From: an uncultured candidatus Porisulfidus sp.
GTDB taxonomy: Bacteria > Pseudomonadota > Gammaproteobacteria > Poriferisulfidales > Oxydemutatoraceae
Direction: 5' to 3'
Length of the DNA: 64,000 nucleotides
Assembly (NCBI GenBank): GCA_965215765.1
Contig: OZ244118.1
Span: 2,415,801 to 2,479,800, forward strand
The notes beneath the pieces are model-generated. The model was not told the origin of the DNA. It searched no databases and worked only from the letters and a program-made list of their open reading frames with translations. Position 1 is the first letter of the stretch. Every line of letters begins with the position of its first letter. Made by a program: the position numbers and the translations under genes. Shown piece by piece: positions 8,931-17,426 of the stretch.

Positions 8931-9300
8931 GAGTATCGGCGCAAGTTATGCCGGAGCTCGGTGTCAGGAGCAGTTCGGGCGGGTGGTCTGGTCGCAGACA
9001 ACCAAGGCTAGGTGACTGACAGTTACACAACAACTTCTGTGACCGGGAAAGGTCTGGTCGCGGGTCTTGTGGCAAACAATCAGGGTGCCGTCAGCTGTAG
9101 GGGCGCGGTAGGGTCAGTGTCCGGAGCCGGACAGCCCGGAAGTTTTGCCGGCAGCAGTCCGAGTCCGGGAGGCATTGCCGACAGCTACGCGTAGGTTGCC
9201 TCGCGTCAATGGTGGCAGTGTGCCTTTTGTGGAAGATGACGTCGGGCAGGCATCAGACTTTCTGCCGAGTCTCGTGCCTGACGGCACCCGGTTGACTACC
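8925..9300 (+). pseudogene. Decayed fragment (about 370 bp, multiple stops) of a giant GLUG-repeat gene. Plus-strand orientation, fused to the end of the gmhB repeat array.
   Basis: Translation 'VTGKGLVAGLVANNQGAVS.RGAVGSVSGAGQPGSFAGSSPSPGGIADSYA*' aligns to the 'FVTGEGLVAGLVADNQGTVSRSYAAGSVSGAGQPGSFAGSSSGGIADSYAAALPR..' segment of the paralogs at 24.4-64 kb. The downstream portion is degenerate. Confidence 0.75.
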
Positions 9301-9310
9301 TGTTGACGGG

Positions 9311-9814
9311 CTAAACGTCTCCTGCGGCGGCTCTGGCGAGCTCCGATTCGATGGCTCTCAGGGCTGCGTTATAAGTATCAATGCTTTTACCGCCAGCCTT
9401 GGTAACGTCTTTCACCATTCCCCAAGCGTGGTTCAGTCCCTTTTGCACGGCGGAATTCTCACCGACAGGCATCTCGCTTTTAATCGCTTCTTCCAGACCG
9501 TGCAATGTTTTTTCTCTTTCCGCAGTTTGCGCATCGGGAAAAATCAGATCTTTGACAAAGGAGATTATCCAATCAACCGGCCCTTGCGGCCCTCTGTCAA
9601 TGCGTGGGTTTCCGTTTTTATCGATGAACAACTCGGGCGCAAACCCGCTTCCTGACCTTTCGAGTTTTCCGATTGCTTCCCGAAAGCCGGCAAGCCCTCT
9701 CTTCTGTGAATAATCATATCTGGCGGTGTTCACGCTTGGTGTCGCGTGTCTGGCTCCTATTACCGGGTGTGGCATTGTGCTTCTCCTTTCGTCCGTGGTT
9801 GCATCACCGCTCAA
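9311..9814 (-). CDS. Hypothetical protein (167 aa; possible start at MPHPVIG, coordinate 9776). No recognisable family.
   Basis: Open frame co-oriented with the downstream aldo/keto reductase. No motif recognised from sequence alone. Confidence 0.4.
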   Translation of the reverse strand: MSGDATTDERRSTMPHPVIGARHATPSVNTARYDYSQKRGLAGFREAIGKLERSGSGFAPELFIDKNGNPRIDRGPQGPVDWIISFVKDLIFPDAQTAEREKTLHGLEEAIKSEMPVGENSAVQKGLNHAWGMVKDVTKAGGKSIDTYNAALRAIESELARAAAGDV

Positions 9815-9883
9815 TCTCGCTTAATTGTCAGGTTGCTGATTGAGCAAAACAATAGGGTTCTATTGTACCACTGACTCGCCTGT

Positions 9884-10921
9884 TTACGGAGCCGGGAAGG
9901 GGAAACTCGTGTGTACGGCCTCTATTTTTTCAATCAGTTCCTGATCCAGCTTTATGTCTGCGGTTCCGATATTGTCTCGCAGCTGTTCCATTGTCGTCGC
10001 CCCAACAATGGTTGAAGTCAAAAACTTCCTTCCATTGACCCACGCAAGCGCCAGTTGGGCGGGGCTCAAGCCTGCGTCTTTGGCAATGCGCACATATTGC
10101 TCGGTGGCCGCTATGGAGTTGGCACCCAAATAACGCTGAAAATGAGGGTGAAGAGTCAGCCTCGCATCCTTTGGTTTCTGGTCTTGTAAGTACTTGCCGG
10201 TCAGCACGCCAAAGCCCAGAGGTGAGTAAGCCAGCAAACCGGTTTTCTCACGATGCGCAAATTCCGCCAAGCCCACCTCAAAGGAGCGGTTCAGGAGGTT
10301 GTATGGATTTTGCACGCTCACAACACGAGGCCACCCCCGTTGTTCAGAAAGTCTCAGGTAGCTTGCAACCCCCCAGGCGGTTTCATTGGCTATTCCGATA
10401 TGTCGAACCTTCCCTTGAGATACTGCGTCTGCCAAGGCTTCCAGCGTTTCTTCCAATGGGTCAGCTTGCTCGTCTTCACTGTATGGATAGCACAGGGTGC
10501 CAAAAAAATTGGATGTGCGTGCCGGCCAGTGCACCTGATACAGATCAACATATTCCGTCCCCAGACGTTCGAGGCTTTTTTCAAGAGCCAGGCTCACTTG
10601 CTCTTTTGTCAGACGCGGACCTCCGCGTACAAAAGTCGTCCAGGTGGATGGTCCTGAGACTTTGGTTGCCAGGCAAACCTCGTTCCTTGTGCCGCGCTTC
10701 TTCAGCCATCTGCCGATAATCCTTTCGGTGTCTCCGTATGTGCCTGCCGACATCGGAACAGGGTATATTTCTGCAGTATCAAAGAAATTCACTCCCTGAG
10801 TCAGGGCATAATCCATTTGTTCGAAAGCCTCGCTTTCGGAATTTTGTTCACCCCAAGTCATTGTGCCAAGGCAAATCAGACTAAGTTGCAAGTCCGTATC
10901 GCCTAATTTTCTGTATTCCAA
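9884..10921 (-). CDS. NADP(H)-dependent aldo/keto reductase, Tas/YajO-like
   Basis: 345 aa. 'LGDTDLQLSLICLGTMTWGE...FDTAEIYP' AKR N-terminal signature and 'AYSPLGFGVLTGKY'. Confidence 0.85.
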   Translation of the reverse strand: MEYRKLGDTDLQLSLICLGTMTWGEQNSESEAFEQMDYALTQGVNFFDTAEIYPVPMSAGTYGDTERIIGRWLKKRGTRNEVCLATKVSGPSTWTTFVRGGPRLTKEQVSLALEKSLERLGTEYVDLYQVHWPARTSNFFGTLCYPYSEDEQADPLEETLEALADAVSQGKVRHIGIANETAWGVASYLRLSEQRGWPRVVSVQNPYNLLNRSFEVGLAEFAHREKTGLLAYSPLGFGVLTGKYLQDQKPKDARLTLHPHFQRYLGANSIAATEQYVRIAKDAGLSPAQLALAWVNGRKFLTSTIVGATTMEQLRDNIGTADIKLDQELIEKIEAVHTSFPFPAP

Positions 10922-11110
10922 TTTAGCTCCTCCCTGTCAGTTAATCCAAACAAGCTATATGCTATACCATCTGTCCATGGTATCTCAATTTGAGACTGCC
11001 AAACGAACAAAACTGGCGAAGCACTCGTGTGATTCGCAACAAAATACCAAGATGAACGCACAAGGTGCAACGAGGCGGGTCGGCTTCGAACCGCGGCTTT
11101 CCCGGCTTTT

Positions 11111-13015
11111 ATGTGGGGTGCGATTGACATCGCAAAAATCTTCAGGGACGTGAAATTCTTGGCTGGTACTCTTACTTTTCTTGCTTCCCGGTTCTTGCCT
11201 TTTCGTTCCTGGTACCGGGAACTCGGTGAGCCTGGTGTAATGCGGGCAGACGTGGTGGCCGGCATCACGGTTGCCATGCTGCTGATTCCGCAAGCGATGG
11301 CGTACGCGCAATTGGCTGGCCTGCCTGTTTACGTGGGTCTGTATGCCGCTTTTTTTCCGGTCATGGCGAGTGGGCTGATGGGGTCACTGCGACAGCTGGC
11401 AACTGGTCCGACAGCAATTGGCTCCTTGCTGACTTTGTCTGTCATTGGCCCTCTGTCCGGAGGCGATCCCATACTTTTTCTGACTTTGGCAACCATCCTC
11501 GCCATCATGGTCGGAACCATTCAGATCACATTAGGCATGTTGAGCATGGGGCGGCTGGTGGTATTTCTTTCACACCCGGTTTTGCTGGGGTTCACCAATG
11601 CTGCTGCGATTACGATCGTCTCTTCCCAGATTGGCAATATTTTCGGCGTTGAGAAGACGACTGCGGATGCGAGTTATCAAGTGCTGGGGAACACCTTGAT
11701 GGCGATTACCGAGGGTTTCAGCACTCCCACTTTGCTCATGGCCTCCGCCGCTTTGCTGGTTATTCTGTTTTTGCAAAAGTACCTGCCAAAAGTACCTGCT
11801 GTGCTGGTGGCGGTCTTGCTGACCGGGCTGGCTTCCTGGCTCTTTGAATACGAAAAGGGCAGTGGTGGCGCAGTCGTTGGCCACGTGCCAATGGGGTTGC
11901 CATCTTTACAGGTTCCGGACATTAACCTCTCTGCCCTGTCCGCCATGCTGACCATGTCTTTTGTAATCGTGCTGACCGGCTTCACTGAAGCCATTTCCAT
12001 TTCCAAAATAGCGGTGGCGCGTACCCGACAAAAAATGAACGTAGACCAACTCTTGATCGGACAGGGATCGGCCAACGTGGTCTCGGGTCTGTTCCAGGGA
12101 TATCCTGTTTCCGGTTCTTTTTCCCGTACCGCCTTAAACCTGACTACCGGAGCGCGTACTGGCTTCTCCTCAATCGTAACTGCGTCGGTAGTTGGCTTGG
12201 TACTGGCTTTCCTGACTTCGAGTCTGTACCACTTGCCGCAAGCCACTTTGGCAGTCGTGATTATGATCTCTGTCGGCAGCCTCGTTAATATCCGCCCGTT
12301 CCTTGCTGTCTGGCGTGTGCAAAAACTTGAGGGAGTCATCGCTTTGATCACTTTCGCCACTACGATCTTTTCGGCACCACACATACAGTACGGGATCGTC
12401 ACAGGAGTTCTCTTGTCGCTATGCTTGCAAATTTACCGCGCCATGCAGCCAAAAACGGTGGTGGTCTCACGCAACCCGGATGGCTTTCTGGCTGACGCCA
12501 GCCAAAGTCTGTTGCAACTTTGTCCAAAAATTTCGCTGCTACGTTTTAACGCTCCCCTGCATTTTGCCAACACGGAATACTTCGAAAGAAAAGTGCTGGA
12601 ACGGGTGGCGGCGGCACCCGAATTACGGGTCATGATCATTGATGCGGTCGCAATGAATGACGTGGACTCCACAGGAGCGGAAATGTTGCGCAGGCTGGTT
12701 GACACCTTGCACGTGTCAGGAATTGAATTTTTGGTCGTCAGGCCACAACCGCGCTTGCAAAAGATTCTGCAACGTTCGGGGTTGACAGATCATGGGCTCA
12801 GGCATCCTCTTTTCCGAACCCGCGAGGCCGCGCTGAAGCATGCCTGGCAATTCCTGAAAACGGATGACAAAAAATGCCCTCTGAAGAGTTGCAAGGCGCA
12901 AGACTTCAGTGCTTGTATTTTGCAAAAGAAAGTGCCGCCGAAGCCGTCTCCTGAACAAGAACCAGACGACCAGGGGAATCACCGGAAAGAAAAGAAAAGC
13001 CTTGCAGCTCAGTAG
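11111..13015 (+). CDS. SulP-family anion (sulfate/bicarbonate) permease with C-terminal STAS domain
   Basis: 634 aa. 'DVVAGITVAMLLIPQAMAYAQLAGLP' SulP signature, multi-TM core, C-terminal STAS-like region 'ELRVMIIDAVAMNDVDSTGAEMLRRL'. Confidence 0.85.
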   Translation: MWGAIDIAKIFRDVKFLAGTLTFLASRFLPFRSWYRELGEPGVMRADVVAGITVAMLLIPQAMAYAQLAGLPVYVGLYAAFFPVMASGLMGSLRQLATGPTAIGSLLTLSVIGPLSGGDPILFLTLATILAIMVGTIQITLGMLSMGRLVVFLSHPVLLGFTNAAAITIVSSQIGNIFGVEKTTADASYQVLGNTLMAITEGFSTPTLLMASAALLVILFLQKYLPKVPAVLVAVLLTGLASWLFEYEKGSGGAVVGHVPMGLPSLQVPDINLSALSAMLTMSFVIVLTGFTEAISISKIAVARTRQKMNVDQLLIGQGSANVVSGLFQGYPVSGSFSRTALNLTTGARTGFSSIVTASVVGLVLAFLTSSLYHLPQATLAVVIMISVGSLVNIRPFLAVWRVQKLEGVIALITFATTIFSAPHIQYGIVTGVLLSLCLQIYRAMQPKTVVVSRNPDGFLADASQSLLQLCPKISLLRFNAPLHFANTEYFERKVLERVAAAPELRVMIIDAVAMNDVDSTGAEMLRRLVDTLHVSGIEFLVVRPQPRLQKILQRSGLTDHGLRHPLFRTREAALKHAWQFLKTDDKKCPLKSCKAQDFSACILQKKVPPKPSPEQEPDDQGNHRKEKKSLAAQ

Positions 13016-13017
13016 CC

Positions 13018-13752
13018 TCACACGCGCTGGAACTGCAAGTGACAGGTCGCCCTTCCCTTCTTGAGAGCTTTCGCTTCAAAACGGGTACTGACCCACCAGT
13101 GCGGCGGGCGGCAAAAACCATCCTTGCTTTGAGACAGGTTTCGCAAATGCGCACTGCTGTGCAAGACGCCAAGCATGTAGTCGGCGTAGTCTCGTTCATC
13201 AGTCACCAGGTACAGCAGGGCACCCTTTCCAAGCACCTGTTCCAGCAGAGGCAGTAAATCCGGACTGACCAGACGGCGTTTGTGGTGGCGGCGTTTAGGC
13301 CAAGGATCGGGAAACAGGATCAGCATCCTCGCGCAACTTCCCGCCGGAAGTAATTCCGCGAACACTCTCCTCGTGTCTCCGTGGAATATTTTCAGGTTCT
13401 TTAAGCCCAGCTCTTCAGCCCTCATCATGAGCCGGGCGATGCCGGAGCGAAAGACTTCAACCCCCAAAAAATTTTCATCCGGATTATTTTGCGCCAGAGA
13501 TACCAAGGTTTCGCCGTTGCCAAAACCTGCTTCGACCGTGAGAGGGGTATCTGCGGCGAGCCAGCTATTCGCGAGCAAAGAGGAGGTTTCCGGTAGCTGG
13601 TAGTTCTTCCAGTGTTTGTCCCAGGCTTTTTTCTGGGCATTTTTGAAGTGTCTGCCACGGAGCACGAAGCTGGGCAAGTAGCGATATCTGTCAGGGGTTT
13701 GATTGACCTGTTTGCGCCGCAGAATCGCGGCTGACATTTTCGCGGTCGGCAA
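13018..13752 (-). CDS. trmB: tRNA (guanine46-N7)-methyltransferase
   Basis: 244 aa. 'VEAGFGNGE' SAM motif and 'LFPDPWPKRRHHKRRLV' TrmB signature. Confidence 0.88.
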   Translation of the reverse strand: MPTAKMSAAILRRKQVNQTPDRYRYLPSFVLRGRHFKNAQKKAWDKHWKNYQLPETSSLLANSWLAADTPLTVEAGFGNGETLVSLAQNNPDENFLGVEVFRSGIARLMMRAEELGLKNLKIFHGDTRRVFAELLPAGSCARMLILFPDPWPKRRHHKRRLVSPDLLPLLEQVLGKGALLYLVTDERDYADYMLGVLHSSAHLRNLSQSKDGFCRPPHWWVSTRFEAKALKKGRATCHLQFQRV

Positions 13753-13779
13753 TGCTGTGGTTTTTGGCAGACGAAGCGC

Positions 13780-14586
13780 TCAGTCGAGCAGTCCTGTTTC
13801 AGGCGAAGAACTGCTGGCAAAGCGACGCTTTGTCATGCGTCCGGCCAGGTAGGCAGCACGTCCTGCCTGTACTGCCAGATTCATGGCATGTGCCATAGTT
13901 ACAGGTTTCCTGGCCATCGCGATTGCGGTGTTCATCAACACGCCGTCGCAGCCAAGTTCCATCGCAATGGCAGCGTCCGAAGCAGTTCCAACTCCGGCAT
14001 CCACAATTACCGGCACCCGCGCGTTCTCTACAATGCTGCGAATATTGCCCGGATTGCGGATACCCTGCCCTGAGCCTATCGGTGCGGCCAAGGGCATCAC
14101 AGCCGCGCAGCCGATTTCTTCAAATCGTGTCGCCATAACGGGATCGTCGTTGGTGTACACCATCACCTTGAAGTCTTTCCGGATCAGCAGTTCTGCTGCT
14201 TCCAGCGTCTGTATGACATCCGGAAACAAGGTTTTTTGATCAGCGAGCACCTCCAGCTTGACAAAAGAATGTCCGAGCAATTCACGCGCGAGCAAGCACA
14301 CACGAACTGCGCTTTCTGCCGTGTAGCAGCCAGCCGTGTTCGGAAGAATGAACCAGCGATCCGGGCCCAGTGTTGACAACAGATCCGGTTCTTTTGTGGC
14401 ATGTTCCAAATTCATTCGGCGCAAGGCGACGGTCACAATCTCGGCTCCGGAAGCCAGCACTGCCGCTTTGCTTTCTTCCAGATCCCGGTATTTTCCGGTT
14501 CCAACCAAAAGACGCGAAGTGAACGATTTATCGGCAATAAGCAGTTTTTCAGTCATCGGCAATTCCCGCTGTTTTCCATGTCTCAT
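13780..14586 (-). CDS. thiG: Thiazole synthase ThiG. Alternative, likelier start [12 protein letters not shown] at 14556.
   Basis: '[19 protein letters not shown]' and '...[14 protein letters not shown]' ThiG family signatures. Immediately downstream of thiS. Confidence 0.9.
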   Translation of the reverse strand: MRHGKQRELPMTEKLLIADKSFTSRLLVGTGKYRDLEESKAAVLASGAEIVTVALRRMNLEHATKEPDLLSTLGPDRWFILPNTAGCYTAESAVRVCLLARELLGHSFVKLEVLADQKTLFPDVIQTLEAAELLIRKDFKVMVYTNDDPVMATRFEEIGCAAVMPLAAPIGSGQGIRNPGNIRSIVENARVPVIVDAGVGTASDAAIAMELGCDGVLMNTAIAMARKPVTMAHAMNLAVQAGRAAYLAGRMTKRRFASSSSPETGLLD

Positions 14587-15329
14587 CCCCGTTAACCGCC
14601 ACCAATAGCCCGAACAATTTCAACCGCATCGCCATCTTCGAGAATACATTGATCGTATTCATCGCACGGTACAATCTTGCGGTTCACTCTTCCAGATCCC
14701 GGTATTTTCCGGTTCCAGCCAAAAGGCGCGAAGTGAACGATTTGTCGGCAATAAGCAGTTTTTCAGTCATCGGCAATTCCCGCTGTTTTCCATGTCTCAT
14801 CCCCGCTAACCGCCGCCAATAGCCCGAACAATTTCAACCGCATCGCCATCTTTGAGAATGCATTGATCGTATTCATCGCACGGTACAATCTCGCGGTTCA
14901 CTCTTCCAGATCCCGGTATTTTCCGGTTCCAGCCAAAAGACGCGAAGTGAACGATTTATCGGCAATAAGCAGTTTTTCAGTCATCGGCAATTCCCGCTGT
15001 TTTCCATGTCTCATCCCCGCTAACCGCCACCAATAGCCCGAACAATTTCAACCGCATCGCCATCTTCGAGAATGCATTGATCGTATTCATCGCACGGCAC
15101 AATCTCGCGGTTCACTCTTCCAGATCCCGGTATTTTCCGGTTCCAGCCAAAAGGCGTGAAGCAAACGATTTGTCGGCAATAAGCAGTTTTTCAGCCATCG
15201 GCAATTCCCGCTGTTTTCCATGTCTCATCCCCGCTAACCGCCACCAATAGCCCGAACAATTTCAACCGAATCGCCATCTTCGAGAATGCATTGATCGTAT
15301 TCATCGCACGGCACAATCTCGCGGTTCAC
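14474..15329 (-). repeat. Four tandem 214-bp units. Each spans the thiS 3' end (last ~35 codons incl. ...VRAIGGG*), the 20-bp intergenic spacer and the thiG 5' end (first ~33 codons). The outermost copies are the genuine gene ends.
   Basis: Marker 'tcatcggcaattcccgctgttttccatgtctcatcccc' recurs at 14553, 14767, 14981 and 15195. Homology begins at 14474 inside thiG and ends at 15329 inside thiS. Confidence 0.9.
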
Positions 15330-15434
15330 TTCGGCGGCAAATAATTGCCCGTCAAGATCCAGCTTGCCAAGTAATCCCCCGAGGGTCAGCCCTTGGGGAT
15401 ATTCGTTCTGATGCCCGTTTAACTTGAGATTCAT
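15234..15434 (-). CDS. thiS: Sulfur-carrier protein ThiS (66 aa, C-terminal GG)
   Basis: 'MNLKLNGHQNEYPQGLTLGGLLGKLDL...[14 protein letters not shown]' with the typical ThiS length and GlyGly terminus. The longer ORF-track frame is rejected. Confidence 0.85.
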   Translation of the reverse strand: MNLKLNGHQNEYPQGLTLGGLLGKLDLDGQLFAAEVNREIVPCDEYDQCILEDGDSVEIVRAIGGG

Positions 15435-15674
15435 GATCCTTTCTGCCTGGCCAAAGTCAGCGTTTATGACCTTCCTCGCTATACTACCCGAAGTCTTTGT
15501 CAGGCCTTTGTGCAGTCGTGGCTCCTGCCTGAGAAAAACTACTTCTGTGCCGAAAAAAGAACCTGTTCGCTCCGCATGATTCGACCCGATGACTTTTACA
15601 AGCTCGAACAAAAACTTCTTATGGCCAAGGCTGTCAGCGACCTTTCATCTTGCTTTCTGCCACGGTGATTTTCC

Positions 15675-16739
15675 GTGAGCTTTGAAATGCCCCACCGTTG
15701 TCTGGTTGTAGGCGGCGGCGTACTGGGTCTGTTTACGGCTCTCAAGCTTCGCAAGCTGGGCTGGCAAGTGACTTTGCTGGAGAAACAAAGCCTGGGAGCC
15801 GGGGCGAGCTCGGCTGCAGGCGGGATCCTGAGCCCGCTGTACCCTTGGCGGCAAAGCCGGAAAATAAATTGCCTGTTCAGCCAGTCTCTGTACGCATACC
15901 AGAGATTCTTTCGGGAAACAGCGGCATTGGGGATGAGAGTGGCTTATTCCCAACCGGGCTTGTTTTGCCTGGATGTTGAAGAGCACCCCATGGCGCGCAA
16001 GTGGGTCGCATCCCGACACCTTTCCCTGGAAACATGGCCTCGCCGGCGACTGCGTGCCGTCTTTCCGCGCTTGCGCGCTGGCAGTGGCTTTTTTCTGCCG
16101 GATGTTTGCCAAGTAGATCCGGTCAATTTAATTGCCAGGCTGACGCAACTGGCGACTCATCATGGGGTTCGTATTCGTGAAAATATGTCAGTCCGAAAAT
16201 TGCTGCTGCGCAACCGTATGGTTGGCGGCGTGATTTGCGAGCGAGAAGAAATTCGCGGTGATGCCGTCGTGATTTGCGCTGGCGCATGGTCTAAAGAGCT
16301 GATTCCCACAGCACAAAAATGGTGCCCGGTACGCCCCGTAAAAGGACAAATCATCGAGTACCGTACAAAACCGGGACTATTGCCACATATCGTGTTGCAC
16401 CGTGGAAAGTATTTAATTCCCAAACCGGACGGACGGATTCTTGCCGGCAGCACTTTGGAAAATTCCGGCTTTGACACCACACCGACATCCGCCGCTCGCG
16501 TCGAACTGGACAGCTTTGCCAGGAGCGTTCTTCCAGGACTTTCCATATACAAAATATCTGATCAGTGGGCAGGGTTGCGCCCCGGACTCGCCACGCCCTT
16601 CGTGGGGGCACATCCCGATATTAAAGGCCTTTTTCTCAATACCGGACACCACCGCAATGGAATCGTGCTGGCATCCGGCTCAGCAGACTGGATTGCTGCG
16701 GCGTTTGCACGGCTAATCCTCAGAAACAACCCGGCTTGA
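15675..16739 (+). CDS. thiO: Glycine oxidase ThiO (FAD-dependent)
   Basis: 354 aa. 'CLVVGGGVLGLFTALKL' FAD-binding motif. Divergent from thiS-thiG, as in many beta/gamma-proteobacterial thi loci. Confidence 0.8.
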   Translation: MSFEMPHRCLVVGGGVLGLFTALKLRKLGWQVTLLEKQSLGAGASSAAGGILSPLYPWRQSRKINCLFSQSLYAYQRFFRETAALGMRVAYSQPGLFCLDVEEHPMARKWVASRHLSLETWPRRRLRAVFPRLRAGSGFFLPDVCQVDPVNLIARLTQLATHHGVRIRENMSVRKLLLRNRMVGGVICEREEIRGDAVVICAGAWSKELIPTAQKWCPVRPVKGQIIEYRTKPGLLPHIVLHRGKYLIPKPDGRILAGSTLENSGFDTTPTSAARVELDSFARSVLPGLSIYKISDQWAGLRPGLATPFVGAHPDIKGLFLNTGHHRNGIVLASGSADWIAAAFARLILRNNPA

Positions 16740-17426
16740 ACTTTTTGCCTGCTACGCCACGGCTCGGAGCCAGCTCGGAGCCATCCCGGAGTCGTTCCGG
16801 TGAAGCGCGCTGCCTGTCGCAACATCCGGCTCAGCAGACTGGATTGCTGCGGCGTTTGCACGAGGCTAATCCTCAGAAGCAACCCGGCTTGAGCTTTTTG
16901 CCTGCTGTATACCGGCTTCGGAGCCATCTTGGAGCCGTTCCGGTGAAACGCGCTGCCTGTCGCAACATCCGGCTCAGCAGACTGGATTGCTGCGGCGTTT
17001 GCACGGCTAATCCTCAGAAGCAACCCGGCTTGAGCTTTTTGCCTGCTGCGCCACGGCTCGGAGCCATCTTGGAGCCGTTCCGGTGAAACGCGCTGCCTGT
17101 CGCAACATCCGGCTCAGCAGACTGGATTGCTGCGGCACTTGCACGGCTAATCCCCAGAAGCAACCCGGCTTGAGCTTTTTGCCTGCTGCGCCACGGCTCG
17201 GAACCAGCTCGGAGCCATCTCGGAGCCAGCTCGGAGCCAGCTCGGAGTCGTTCCGGTGAAACGCGCTGCCTGTCGCAGCATCTGGCTCAGCAGACTGGGT
17301 TGCTGCGGCGTTTGCGCGGCTAATCCTCAGAAGCAACCCTGCTTGAGCTTTTTGCCTGCTGCGCCACGGCTCGGAGCCATCTCGGAGTCGTTCCGGTGAA
17401 GCGCGCTGCCTGTCGCAACATCTGGC
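16672..17426. repeat. Tandem array of about 140-150-bp units (about 5 copies, one 181 bp with internal gagccagctcg sub-repeats). Each repeats the last ~22 codons and stop of thiO. The array fills the whole gap between convergent thiO and the ATPase gene.
   Basis: 'catccggctcagcagactggattgctgcggcgtttgcacggctaatcctcagaagcaacccggcttga' recurs at 16672 (genuine), 16823, 16966, 17106 and about 17287, with a truncated copy at about 17418. Confidence 0.88.

Noticed and set aside
15645-16112. 155-aa minus-strand ORF 15645..16112
   Set aside because: It overlaps the well-supported thiO on the opposite strand, is Arg/Ala/Gln-rich low complexity, and has no homology signal.
1-17426. CRISPR array interpretation of the tandem repeats
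   Set aside because: Units are 140-460 bp with no unique spacers between short direct repeats. No cas genes are present.
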